From an uncultured Clostridia bacterium (GTDB taxonomy: Bacteria > Bacillota > Clostridia > Christensenellales > CAG-138): a stretch of DNA of 64,000 bases. The DNA lies in NCBI GenBank assembly GCA_947168855.1, contig CAMVNO010000005.1, positions 88,439-152,438 on the forward strand. Reading direction: 5' to 3'. Position numbers and translations under genes: made by a program. The notes beneath the pieces were generated by a model. That model saw nothing but the letters and a program-made list of their open reading frames with translations. It searched no databases and was not told the origin of the DNA. Below are positions 32,177 to 40,628 of this stretch, one piece after another (positions within the stretch are counted from its first letter, which is position 1; the number at the start of each line of letters is the position of its first letter).

Positions 32177-32689
32177 ATGAAAGATGTAACCGAAACCTTC
32201 AACACCGTATACGACGCGACGTTTCGCGAGCTGATGCGCTGTTGCCTTCTCAAAGTGCCGATCGAGGACGCGCGTGATCTTTTGCAGAACACCTATACGC
32301 AGTTCTATCGCACGCTTGTGAAGAAGGGCAGCGGCGCGATCCGCGATCCGAAGGCGTATCTTATCACGACGCTGAAGCATGAAATTGCAAGCTACTACCG
32401 ATCCGGCGCAAAGCGAAAGACGGTTTCGCTCGAGCTCGTTCCGGATGAACCCGACGACGTGTCCGTCGAGGAATTAAGCCTCGATCACGCGGCGATCGCC
32501 GACATTCTGGAGCGCTTGAAAAGCGAACCGGAGCTGACGCAGCGCATGTTCATTCTGTATTACGGATACGGCATGAAGTTAGGCGACATCGCAAAGGAAA
32601 CGGGCACGTCGGCGGTCGTTGTGAAAAGCAGACTCGCCCGCGTGCGCAGAAAACTCAGAACATCCTTCGGAGAGGAGAACACATTATGA
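32177..32689 (+). CDS. ECF-type RNA polymerase sigma-70 factor
   Basis: Region 2 (DLLQNTYTQFY) and region 4 HTH (GMKLGDIAKETGTSAVVVKSRLARVRRKL). 4-nt overlap with the next gene. Confidence 0.85.
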   Translation: MKDVTETFNTVYDATFRELMRCCLLKVPIEDARDLLQNTYTQFYRTLVKKGSGAIRDPKAYLITTLKHEIASYYRSGAKRKTVSLELVPDEPDDVSVEELSLDHAAIADILERLKSEPELTQRMFILYYGYGMKLGDIAKETGTSAVVVKSRLARVRRKLRTSFGEENTL

Positions 32690-34311
32690 CAAAGACATCC
32701 GAACAGCTCCTGTCCTTTGCGGAAAACGAGCTGATGCAAAAAGAATCCATTCGCCGCGCGGTGCTTTCCGAGGCGCCCGCGAAGCAAAAGACGCCGATCG
32801 CGTGGACAAGGATCCTGCTGCCGATCGCGGCTTGCCTGGTGCTTGCCGTCGGCACGGTTTTTCTGATCCCGTCGGCAAGGGCGGAGGTCCTTTCGTGGTT
32901 CGGCGTATCGCGTCCCGCGGATTACCTGACGACGGACCCGAGCGAACGTCCCGACGTTCCGGAGCTCGATTCGCTGATCGCGTCGCCTGCCGCAAACGAG
33001 GACGTCGTTACGATCCCGATCGACCGCACCGATTCCGAGGCGGTCAACAGCGAAGGCGCGATGAAGGTCTCGGCATTTCTGCACGAGAACTGCGACGTCG
33101 AGCTCGGCGACGCCATGTTCGACGGGAAAGCCCTTTATCAGACGATCCGGCTGAACGGACTTTCCGGTCTGTATCTGCTGGAACAGTGGACCGGCAGCCG
33201 CACGATGGCGGTTCCCGTCGATCCCTACGCGGTGTGGGGATTGTATGAGAACGGTCCCGAAGAGGAATATCTCTCCGGCGAAAAGACGCTGTATGAATGG
33301 CCGGAAAGCTGGATCATGTACGAGATGCCGGACGGTACGCGCTTCGGCGGCATGCTCGATCTGACTTCTTCGATCGACGGGCATCTGGACCATCTGGACG
33401 AGATGGGGCTTTTGGTCGAGGATCAGACGGAGGAGCAGAAACAAGCGGTCGACGCGGAAAACCGCGCTTACCTCATGCAGAACGGACTGATGGCTTCCGC
33501 TGAAATGTTCCCGCTTGATTATGAAAAGTACCTTGACGCCGACGGCAATCTGACGGCGAAAGTCTACTACGTCGTCAAGGTCATCGAAGAAGACCGCGGC
33601 GACGGAAGCTATGTGCCGGATACCGAGCTCTATAACGCCGAAATCGGCACGATCACGGTCAATATGAAAGCGTATCAGAACATCGGAGCGACCGAGGTCA
33701 CCGCGAGCAATGCATCCGTGGTCTGGGGCGCGGAAACGGTTGTCGTCAGCAAATCGGACGTTGATTTCGGAGATCCGGACGATCACTACGAAGACGATCG
33801 CATTTCGCTGTATAAGCAGCGCGTTTCGACGGAAGGCGTTACAATGACCGCCGAAACGGAGAATGCGGAATTCAGCGCGCTGGGAATCAAAAACTTCAAG
33901 ATCCGCATTGCCGTTCCGGAATCCTGGACGCGTGAGAACCGCGAAGCGCTTGCCGATTCGCTGACATTCAATGTCCTGCTCAACGGTGAAAGCGGCGACT
34001 GGTTTACCAATCCATATAATTGCAAAGTGGAAGACGACGGCACTTTGCTGTATGAATTACTCGATATCGTAAACATGCCGTACGAGATGATTGGATCGAT
34101 CAAAACGATCACATTTATCCCGGTCATCCATTCCATCGAAACGATGGATATTTATCATCAGTATGACAACGGTACGAAATCGAAACCGCTCGGAACGTTG
34201 GATCCCGAATACGGCGTAACGGAATGGAGCGCACCCGGCGCAAATTCCAGTCAATATAAAACGACCACAACCGAGTTCCCGCAGTATGCGATCACGCTGC
34301 ATGTGAACTGA
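32686..34311 (+). CDS. Putative anti-sigma factor: single-pass membrane protein with large extracytoplasmic domain (DUF4179-like N-terminus)
   Basis: Translationally coupled to the sigma gene. TM helix ILLPIAACLVLAVGTVFLI about 40 residues from the N-terminus. Confidence 0.6.
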   Translation: MTKTSEQLLSFAENELMQKESIRRAVLSEAPAKQKTPIAWTRILLPIAACLVLAVGTVFLIPSARAEVLSWFGVSRPADYLTTDPSERPDVPELDSLIASPAANEDVVTIPIDRTDSEAVNSEGAMKVSAFLHENCDVELGDAMFDGKALYQTIRLNGLSGLYLLEQWTGSRTMAVPVDPYAVWGLYENGPEEEYLSGEKTLYEWPESWIMYEMPDGTRFGGMLDLTSSIDGHLDHLDEMGLLVEDQTEEQKQAVDAENRAYLMQNGLMASAEMFPLDYEKYLDADGNLTAKVYYVVKVIEEDRGDGSYVPDTELYNAEIGTITVNMKAYQNIGATEVTASNASVVWGAETVVVSKSDVDFGDPDDHYEDDRISLYKQRVSTEGVTMTAETENAEFSALGIKNFKIRIAVPESWTRENREALADSLTFNVLLNGESGDWFTNPYNCKVEDDGTLLYELLDIVNMPYEMIGSIKTITFIPVIHSIETMDIYHQYDNGTKSKPLGTLDPEYGVTEWSAPGANSSQYKTTTTEFPQYAITLHVN

Positions 34312-34510
34312 ATCCGTAAATGACGAAAGCGCTTCCCGCAAAGGAAGCGCTTTTTGTGTATCAGACGGAATAATCCAAATCAATCCGTCAAATTCAGCGA
34401 CATGCGCGGTGAATTTGACACCTTGCAGTTTCCGCCGCCCGGTGCAGCTTGTCTGCATAGGCGGGAACTGAAAACCAGTCTGTTGAAAACCCGGTTTTCA
34501 ACAGACTGAA

Positions 34511-35452
34511 TTAATAGAAGGTTGCAACCGGCTGTTCCGGTTCGGTCGAAGGCGCAAAGGAATGCACCGAAAGCACCGGACCCTTTTTGCCGTAGATGTT
34601 CGAGAACTTCACGTTGATCGTGCCCTCGACGATCCCCCAGCTCTTGTGCTTGACGGACTTTGCCATATCCCACTTGCACACGAGCGGGCAGTAGGCGATG
34701 TCCGCCTCGCAGCAGGTCATGATGTGGCGCCCCGCAAGGAACGTGTCCTTCGGCATGCGCATGTTGTTTGCGCAAAGCCCCTTATAGCGGACCGTCTTGC
34801 CCTCGTACTTTGCGGGCTCGTCGACCAGATCGCGGTAGAAGAGCGCATAGTCCTTGTCGTCGATCTCGATCACGTCGGCGTTGATATCGAACGGCAGCGG
34901 ATCCTCGATGTCGTCCTCCACGCTCGTGCCGTCGGTGAGATCGTAAACGATCTGCGCCCCGCGGGAGATGCCGCGCACGAGCTTGTGCAGCTCCATTCTG
35001 TCCTGCTCCGGCTCGACGCGCGTGAAGATCACGAGCTCCGCGGTGGTCAGCTTGTCCACAACGAGCTGCCGCATGTTTGCGTTGAACGCCGCGATCGTGC
35101 TCGCGTCGACCATCATCGTCTCCTGCGCGATGCCCCAGTTGTCCGGCAGGCGGTCAAAGAGATCGTTCATCTGCCACATGCCGTTGTACTCGATCATGAC
35201 GCGCGTCGCCGCCGCCTTACGCTGCCACAGGGACAGGTTCGCGGGCGTCAGCTCCGCAGGGCTGTCGACCGTGTGGATCGTGACGTTGTTGATTGAGAAG
35301 CGCGAAGGCACAAGCTCCTCCTCGCCCTCCTCGCACAGGATGACCAGCGTGCGCTGTCCCTCGTTGAAGCCGGGATCCTCGAGCATCGACTGCAAGAACG
35401 TCGTCTTGCCCGCGTCGAGAAAGCCCGTGAATAAGAAGACCGGAAGCATCAT
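34511..35452 (-). CDS. CobW/G3E-like P-loop protein lacking the CxCC motif, with Cys-rich DUF1980-like C-terminal domain
   Basis: TGFLDAGKTTF Walker A. C-terminal HIMTCCEADIAYCPLVCKW. Starts 6 nt after the upstream CobW stop. Confidence 0.75.
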   Translation of the reverse strand: MMLPVFLFTGFLDAGKTTFLQSMLEDPGFNEGQRTLVILCEEGEEELVPSRFSINNVTIHTVDSPAELTPANLSLWQRKAAATRVMIEYNGMWQMNDLFDRLPDNWGIAQETMMVDASTIAAFNANMRQLVVDKLTTAELVIFTRVEPEQDRMELHKLVRGISRGAQIVYDLTDGTSVEDDIEDPLPFDINADVIEIDDKDYALFYRDLVDEPAKYEGKTVRYKGLCANNMRMPKDTFLAGRHIMTCCEADIAYCPLVCKWDMAKSVKHKSWGIVEGTINVKFSNIYGKKGPVLSVHSFAPSTEPEQPVATFY

Positions 35453-35458
35453 GGCCGC

Positions 35459-36679
35459 TTACTCCGTAAAGAGCGCCTTCAAAGCGTCTTCGTTCATCTT
35501 CGAGCCGATCACGCAGAGCCGCCCGATCACGCCCGCAGAACCTCTGCGGATCTCAACCTCGCCGGGCACGTGGTCAAAGTGGATCCATCTGTCGCCGTCC
35601 GCCGCGGGGACCACGCCCTTTGCGCGGAGCACCGTGCCGTAGGTCGCCGTATCGTCGAGCTTTGCGATCTTTGCGCGGATCTCGTCCTCGGTGAAGCGGT
35701 GCATTGTCTCAACGCCCCAGCTAGAAAACACCTCGTCCGCGTCGTGTCCGTGGTGATGGTGATGATGATGGTGCTCGTGCTCCTCGTCCTCATCATCGTG
35801 ATGGTGGTGGTGGCAATGCTCGTGCTCGTCATCGTCGTCATCGTCATCATGGTGATGGTGGCAGCATTCGTGCTCCTCGTCCTCATCGTCGTGATGGTGG
35901 TGATGGCAGCATTCGTGCTCCTCGTCCTCATCGTCGTGATGGTGGTGGCAATGCTCATGCTCGTCCTCATCATCGTCGTCGTGATGATGGTGGTGATGGC
36001 ATTCGCATTCCGGATCGTCGCACTCGTCCTCGTCGTGGTGATGATGCTGCTCCGCTTTGAGCGCCTCCATGTGCGCCTTCAGCGTATCGCGGCTTTCGAT
36101 CGCCTTGACAAGATCCGCGCCCGCAAGCGAATCCCACGGCGCGGCGACGACCGTCGCCTCCGGGTTCAGCTCGCGCACCATGTCAAGGACTTCCTTGAGA
36201 CGCTCTTCGGAAACGTCCTGCGAACGGCTCAGGATCACACAGTCCGCGGCTTCGATCTGGTTCACGTAGAACTCGCCGAAGTTCTTGCGGTAGACGCGCG
36301 CCTTCTTGGCGTCGACGACCGCGATGCAGCTATTGATCACGACGTCGTCGGTGAGAACGCCGCTGACCGCGCGCTTGACGTCAGAGAGCTTTCCGACGCC
36401 GGACGGCTCGATCAGGATGCGGTCCGGATGGAACTCCTTCAGCACCTTTTTCAGCGCTTCGGAAAAATCGCCAACGAGCGAGCAGCAGATACAGCCGGAG
36501 TTCATCTCCGTGATCTCGATGCCCGCCTCCTGCAGAAATGCGCCGTCGATGCCGATCTCGCCGAATTCGTTTTCGATCAGCACGAGCTTTTCGCCGTTGA
36601 AGCCGTCCGCGATCAGTTTTTTAATGAGCGTCGTCTTGCCTGCGCCTAAGAACCCGCTGAAAATATCAATCTTCGTCAT
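35459..36679 (-). CDS. CobW-family (COG0523) GTPase metallochaperone with giant His/Cys/Asp/Glu insert
   Basis: GFLGAGKTTL Walker A, SGCICCSL (CxCC), IEPSGV, CobW_C-like end (YGTVLRAKGVV). Confidence 0.9.
   Translation of the reverse strand: MTKIDIFSGFLGAGKTTLIKKLIADGFNGEKLVLIENEFGEIGIDGAFLQEAGIEITEMNSGCICCSLVGDFSEALKKVLKEFHPDRILIEPSGVGKLSDVKRAVSGVLTDDVVINSCIAVVDAKKARVYRKNFGEFYVNQIEAADCVILSRSQDVSEERLKEVLDMVRELNPEATVVAAPWDSLAGADLVKAIESRDTLKAHMEALKAEQHHHHDEDECDDPECECHHHHHHDDDDEDEHEHCHHHHDDEDEEHECCHHHHHDDEDEEHECCHHHHDDDDDDDEHEHCHHHHHDDEDEEHEHHHHHHHHGHDADEVFSSWGVETMHRFTEDEIRAKIAKLDDTATYGTVLRAKGVVPAADGDRWIHFDHVPGEVEIRRGSAGVIGRLCVIGSKMNEDALKALFTE
35729..36050 (-). repeat. Coding low-complexity/tandem repeat: ~107-residue His-rich metal-binding insert
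   Basis: HHHHDEDECDDPECECHHHHHHDDDDEDEHEHCHHHHDDEDEEHECCHHHHHDDEDEEHECCHHHHDDDDDDDEHEHCHHHHHDDEDEEHEHHHHHHHHGH. My count is 44 His and 9 Cys. The 48-nt unit encoding HECCHHHH(H)DDEDEE is duplicated in tandem. Confidence 0.9.
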
Positions 36680-36758
36680 GTATATCCTTCTTTCCTTCGG
36701 GGTCTCCCCCGCCTTTTCTCGCCTGCTATCCTATCACACTTTGCGGAATTTGCAAGCA

Positions 36759-37655
36759 TTATATTGTAGATTTTTTGTGAGAATCGTCTATCATCCGCAA
36801 GCCGAAGCGCACGGCAAGCGAATCGGTCGGGCATGCGCGCGCGCACCGTCCGCAGCGGATGCATTCCGCGGAATTGAACTGCGCTTTCGGGTCGATGCCC
36901 ATCGGACAGACCGAAGCGCACTTGCCGCAGTCCACGCACTTTTCGGAATCGAAGCGCAGGTGCACGAGCGCGATGCGGTTGAAGCATCCGTAGATCGCGC
37001 CGAGCGGGCACAGATACCGGCAGAACGGACGGGAAATCAGAAGCGACAGCAGAAGCAGCGAAGCGAGCACGCCGACCTTCCACCAGAACAGGAAGCCGAG
37101 CTGTCCCCGAAGCGACGGATTCGCAAGCACCAGCGGGATCCCGCCGAACAGCGTACCCGACGGACACAGAAGCTTACAGAACCACGGCACGAGCACGCCT
37201 TTGAACGCCGATAAAAGCGGCAGCCCGATCACGAGCACGCCGAGCACGGCGTATTTGAGCCACCGAAGATACCGTTCGAAGCGGAACGTGCGGATCTTTT
37301 TGAAGAACGGAATGCGGTAAACAAGGTCCTGCACCCATCCGAACGGGCAGAGCCAGCCGCAGATCCAGCGTCCGAGCGTAAGTCCGAACAACAGCAAAAA
37401 ACCGAGCACGTAGAACGGGAACGCGGGCTTTTTCCAGCCGCCGTTCATGGTGTTTTGCAGGGAACCGATCGGACACGCACCGATCGCCGCGGGACAGGAA
37501 TAGCAGTTCAGCCCCGGCACGCAGACGGACTTTGTTTTGCCCTGCTCGATCGTACCGAGGAAGAAATGATGCAGTTTCGGGTTCATCAGAAGGAACGCCG
37601 CCGCCTGCACGGTCAGGCGTTTCCACTCGCCTTTCACACGCTTTGCCTTAGCCAA
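36759..37655 (-). CDS. NapH/MauN-type membrane 4Fe-4S polyferredoxin
   Basis: CYSCPAAIGACPIGSLQ, RWICGWLCPFGW, FCRYLCPLGA, plus C-terminal CVDCGKCASVCP and CIRCGRCARACP. Probable TTG start overlapping the micro-ORF end. Confidence 0.85.
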   Translation of the reverse strand: MAKAKRVKGEWKRLTVQAAAFLLMNPKLHHFFLGTIEQGKTKSVCVPGLNCYSCPAAIGACPIGSLQNTMNGGWKKPAFPFYVLGFLLLFGLTLGRWICGWLCPFGWVQDLVYRIPFFKKIRTFRFERYLRWLKYAVLGVLVIGLPLLSAFKGVLVPWFCKLLCPSGTLFGGIPLVLANPSLRGQLGFLFWWKVGVLASLLLLSLLISRPFCRYLCPLGAIYGCFNRIALVHLRFDSEKCVDCGKCASVCPMGIDPKAQFNSAECIRCGRCARACPTDSLAVRFGLRMIDDSHKKSTI

Positions 37656-37794
37656 TGCCGATACACTCCAGACAGATATGCGCCGCCTTTGTCAAAACGG
37701 ATGCGAACTGCCCCGAAAAGACGCCGTACAGCAGAAACGCCGTGCCCGCAAGCGCGAGCACGGTAAAGATGCAGATGCGAACGGACCGCTTCAT
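37648..37794 (-). CDS. 48-aa single-TM CXXC micro-protein (CD1871A-family-like); not in the supplied ORF track
   Basis: MKRSVRICIFTVLALAGTAFLLYGVFSGQFASVLTKAAHICLECIGIG. Its ATG overlaps the tlpA-like stop (ATGA) and its 3' end overlaps the start of the next gene. Confidence 0.7.
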   Translation of the reverse strand: MKRSVRICIFTVLALAGTAFLLYGVFSGQFASVLTKAAHICLECIGIG

Positions 37795-38375
37795 CCGAGC
37801 AGGTTGTCGACGGCCGCTTTCCATTGCTCGTAATCCATGCTTCCGATCACTTCTCCGCCGACCTCGTCTCCGTTCCTGTCAAAGAAGTACGTCGCGGGAA
37901 TGTACATGGAACGTTGGGACAGCGCAACGAGTCCGCCGACCGGTTCGAGCGCCGGATAGGTCACGCCGCATTCGGAGAGCGTCTCCTTTGCCGCCTCGAC
38001 CGAATTCGTCCCGACCAGTACGCCGAGAATCAGCACGTTCGGGTATTCCTGATGGATGCGTTCGAGTTCCGGCATTTCGCCCACGCACGGACCGCACCAT
38101 TCCGCCCAGCAGTTGACGATGATCAGATCGTAGTTCTCAAAGATCGTCTGATCGATCGGCTCGCCGTCGAGCGTCGTGCCGGAAAACGCCATGTCCGTGT
38201 TGAACGCGCCGCCCTGCGGCTCCGCGGGTTCCGCCGGTTCGGCAGGCGCGTCCGTCACGACGGGTTCCGGCGCCTGCGTTTCGATCGGTTCGGGCTCCGT
38301 ATGCGGTCCCGGCAGCTTGCAGCCCGCCGCCGCAAGAAGCGCCAGGCAGAGAACAATTGCAAATAAGCGTTTCAT
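37791..38375 (-). CDS. TlpA/ResA-like thiol:disulfide oxidoreductase lipoprotein
   Basis: MKRLFAIVLCLALLAAAGC lipobox and WAEWCGPCVGEMPEL thioredoxin active site. Start moved to ATG 38375. Confidence 0.88.
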   Translation of the reverse strand: MKRLFAIVLCLALLAAAGCKLPGPHTEPEPIETQAPEPVVTDAPAEPAEPAEPQGGAFNTDMAFSGTTLDGEPIDQTIFENYDLIIVNCWAEWCGPCVGEMPELERIHQEYPNVLILGVLVGTNSVEAAKETLSECGVTYPALEPVGGLVALSQRSMYIPATYFFDRNGDEVGGEVIGSMDYEQWKAAVDNLLG

Positions 38376-38472
38376 ATGAACAATTCTCCTTTTTGTCATG
38401 TCAAATTTTGATTTATTGTACCACATCGACCGCCGTTTGAAAACTTTTTTTCAAAAGTTTGTCGATCCCCTC

Positions 38473-38524
38473 TTGACAACTGCGGAAAAAGCGTTATAAT
38501 TGTGTATGCACAGTAAGCACAATT
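38473..38524 (+). promoter_or_regulatory. Near-consensus promoter TTGACA-16 nt-TATAAT overlapped by a 7-bp inverted repeat (candidate GntR/YtrA-type operator)
   Basis: -35 at 38473..38478, -10 at 38495..38500. AATTGTG (38498..38504) / CACAATT (38518..38524). Confidence 0.5.
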
Positions 38525-38538
38525 TACAAGGAGGATGT

Positions 38539-39402
38539 ATGAAGATTCTCGAAATCAAAGATCTCCGCAAAGCATATCCGGGCTTTCTTCTGGACGGCGT
38601 CGGCTTCGACGTGGAGGAAGGCAGCATCATGGGCTTTATCGGACGCAACGGCGCGGGCAAGACCACGACGATCAAGAGCGTGCTGAATCTGGTCCACGCG
38701 GACGGCGGCACGGTGCTGTTCGAGGGGCAGGACCTTTGGGCGAACGAAACCGTCTGCAAAAAGCGCATCGGTCTGGTGCTCGGCGAGTTCAATTATTATA
38801 AGCGCAAGAAGCTGAAGGCGATCGCAGCGGTCACGAAGCAGTTCTATGAGGAATGGGACGAAGAAACATATCAGACGCTTCTCTCCCGCTTCTCCCTCGA
38901 CCCCGAAAAGAAGATCAACGAGCTTTCTCAGGGCATGCGGGTGAAGTTCGCGCTGGCGCTTGCGCTGTCGCACCGGGCAAAGCTGCTGATCCTCGACGAG
39001 CCGACGAGCGGGCTCGACCCCGTCTCCCGCGACGAGCTTCTGGACATTTTCCGCGACATCATCGAGGACGGCGAGCACAGCATCCTGTTCTCGACGCACA
39101 TCATCTCGGACCTTGAAAAATGCGCGGACTACATCACGTACATTAAGGGCGGCAGGATCGTCGTTTCGACCGACGCCGATTCTTTCAAGGACGCGTACCG
39201 GCTTGTCTCCGGAGAGACGGAAGACCTCGGGCAGTTCCGCCCGCTTTTGATCGGATACCGTGCGCACGCGTTCGGCTTTACGGGACTGATGCGCCGCGAG
39301 GACGCGGAACACGCCGAGGGACTCAAGGTCGCTCCGGCGGACATGGAATCCATTATGATCTACACGGAAAAGGAGGACGGCCATGAAAGCGCTGCTCAGT
39401 AA
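38539..39402 (+). CDS. ABC transporter ATP-binding protein
   Basis: GRNGAGKTT, LSQGMRVKFALA, LLILDEPTSGLD. Start ATG 38539 after AAGGAGG. Confidence 0.9.
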   Translation: MKILEIKDLRKAYPGFLLDGVGFDVEEGSIMGFIGRNGAGKTTTIKSVLNLVHADGGTVLFEGQDLWANETVCKKRIGLVLGEFNYYKRKKLKAIAAVTKQFYEEWDEETYQTLLSRFSLDPEKKINELSQGMRVKFALALALSHRAKLLILDEPTSGLDPVSRDELLDIFRDIIEDGEHSILFSTHIISDLEKCADYITYIKGGRIVVSTDADSFKDAYRLVSGETEDLGQFRPLLIGYRAHAFGFTGLMRREDAEHAEGLKVAPADMESIMIYTEKEDGHESAAQ

Positions 39403-40078
39403 AGAATTCAAGCTCTGTGTGCATCCTGCGCTGTTCATCTATCTTGCGCTGATCCTGATGCTGCTCATTCCGAACTATCCGTACCTCGTTTCGTGCTTCT
39501 TCGTCTGCAACGGGATCTTCTTCTGCTTCCAGCAGGCGCGTGAAAACGGCGACGCGATGTACACTGCGATGCTTCCGGTCAGCAAGGCGCAGACGGTCAA
39601 GGCGCGCGTCTGGTTTGTCGTCATCATCGAGATGATCGACATCGTGCTCATGGCGGGTATGTGCGCGTTCGCGCTCGTCGCCATGCCGGAAACGAACGGC
39701 GGCGGCACGGACCACAGTCTCTCCCTCATTGCCTTTGCGCTCGTGCTGTATGCGATCTTCAATCTGATCTTCCTGCCGAGCTTCTATAAGACCGGCTACA
39801 AGGCGGGCTCGGCGTTCTTAAAGAGCGCGGTCGGCATCTGGCTCTGGCTCATCCCCTGCGAAGGGCTGATGATCGCGTCCCATGCGATCGCGGACAGCAA
39901 CTTGGATATTGCGTTCTTCCGCTTTCTCCATGAGAACGTCGACTGCATGCCGAAGACGGCCGAGGCTCTGACGGTGCAGGCAATCCTCTTCGGTGCGGGG
40001 CTTCTCCTCTACGTCGTCTGCACGCTGCTTGCGACGAAGATTTCTGTGAAACGCTACGAAAAGGTCAGCGTCGCATGA
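39383..40078 (+). CDS. ABC-2 type transporter permease
   Basis: Six predicted hydrophobic helices. Overlaps the ATPase gene by 20 nt and the GntR gene by 4 nt. Confidence 0.7.
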   Translation: MKALLSKEFKLCVHPALFIYLALILMLLIPNYPYLVSCFFVCNGIFFCFQQARENGDAMYTAMLPVSKAQTVKARVWFVVIIEMIDIVLMAGMCAFALVAMPETNGGGTDHSLSLIAFALVLYAIFNLIFLPSFYKTGYKAGSAFLKSAVGIWLWLIPCEGLMIASHAIADSNLDIAFFRFLHENVDCMPKTAEALTVQAILFGAGLLLYVVCTLLATKISVKRYEKVSVA

Positions 40079-40440
40079 ACCTGTCCGTCAACCCGAACGA
40101 CAAAACGCCGATCTACCGGCAGCTCTATGAGCAGATCGCAAGCGAGGTGCTCTCGGGCGCGCTTGCGCCCTATACCCCGCTGCCGCCGATCCGAACGGTA
40201 TCGAAGGAGCTCGGCGTTTCCATGATTACGGTGCGCGGCGCGTGGGAGATGCTCGAACGCGACGGATACCTTCTGACGCGCGCGGGCAGCGGATGCTTCG
40301 TTGCCCCGATCAACGACGCGCACCGTCGAGACCGGGTGGACGAGCGGCTTTCCGCCGCCGTCGACGCGCTCGTTTCCGACGCAAAATCCCTCGGCGTGGA
40401 CCGCGACACGCTGCTTTCCATGATCGAAGAACGGTTCTGA
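40075..40440 (+). CDS. GntR-family (YtrA-subfamily size) transcriptional regulator
   Basis: PIYRQLYEQIASEVLSGALAPYTPLPPIRTVSKELGVSMITVRGAWEMLERDGYL winged HTH. Short 121-aa protein. Confidence 0.88.
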   Translation: MNLSVNPNDKTPIYRQLYEQIASEVLSGALAPYTPLPPIRTVSKELGVSMITVRGAWEMLERDGYLLTRAGSGCFVAPINDAHRRDRVDERLSAAVDALVSDAKSLGVDRDTLLSMIEERF

Positions 40441-40628
40441 ACCGTCTCATCCGCCGCAGACGATCCCCCCAATAAACAATGAATAATGAATACTGAAAAC
40501 GGAAAAATTGATGCAGATTTTCCTGCGAAAAACCCTTCTGCGACCGGCTCTCTTGTGCGACGGAAGGATCGTCCCGCATACGGAAAGCAGGAAGGTTCAC
40601 GCTCACATGCAGGTAAAGGAAAAAACCA

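Noticed and set aside
38437-38462. AT-rich palindrome AAACTTTT-ttc-AAAAGTTT between the tlpA-like operon and the ABC operon as a metal-regulator box
   Set aside because: It does not match the Zur/Fur/PerR box consensus I remember, and it could simply be UP-element-like or low-complexity sequence. It is left unannotated.
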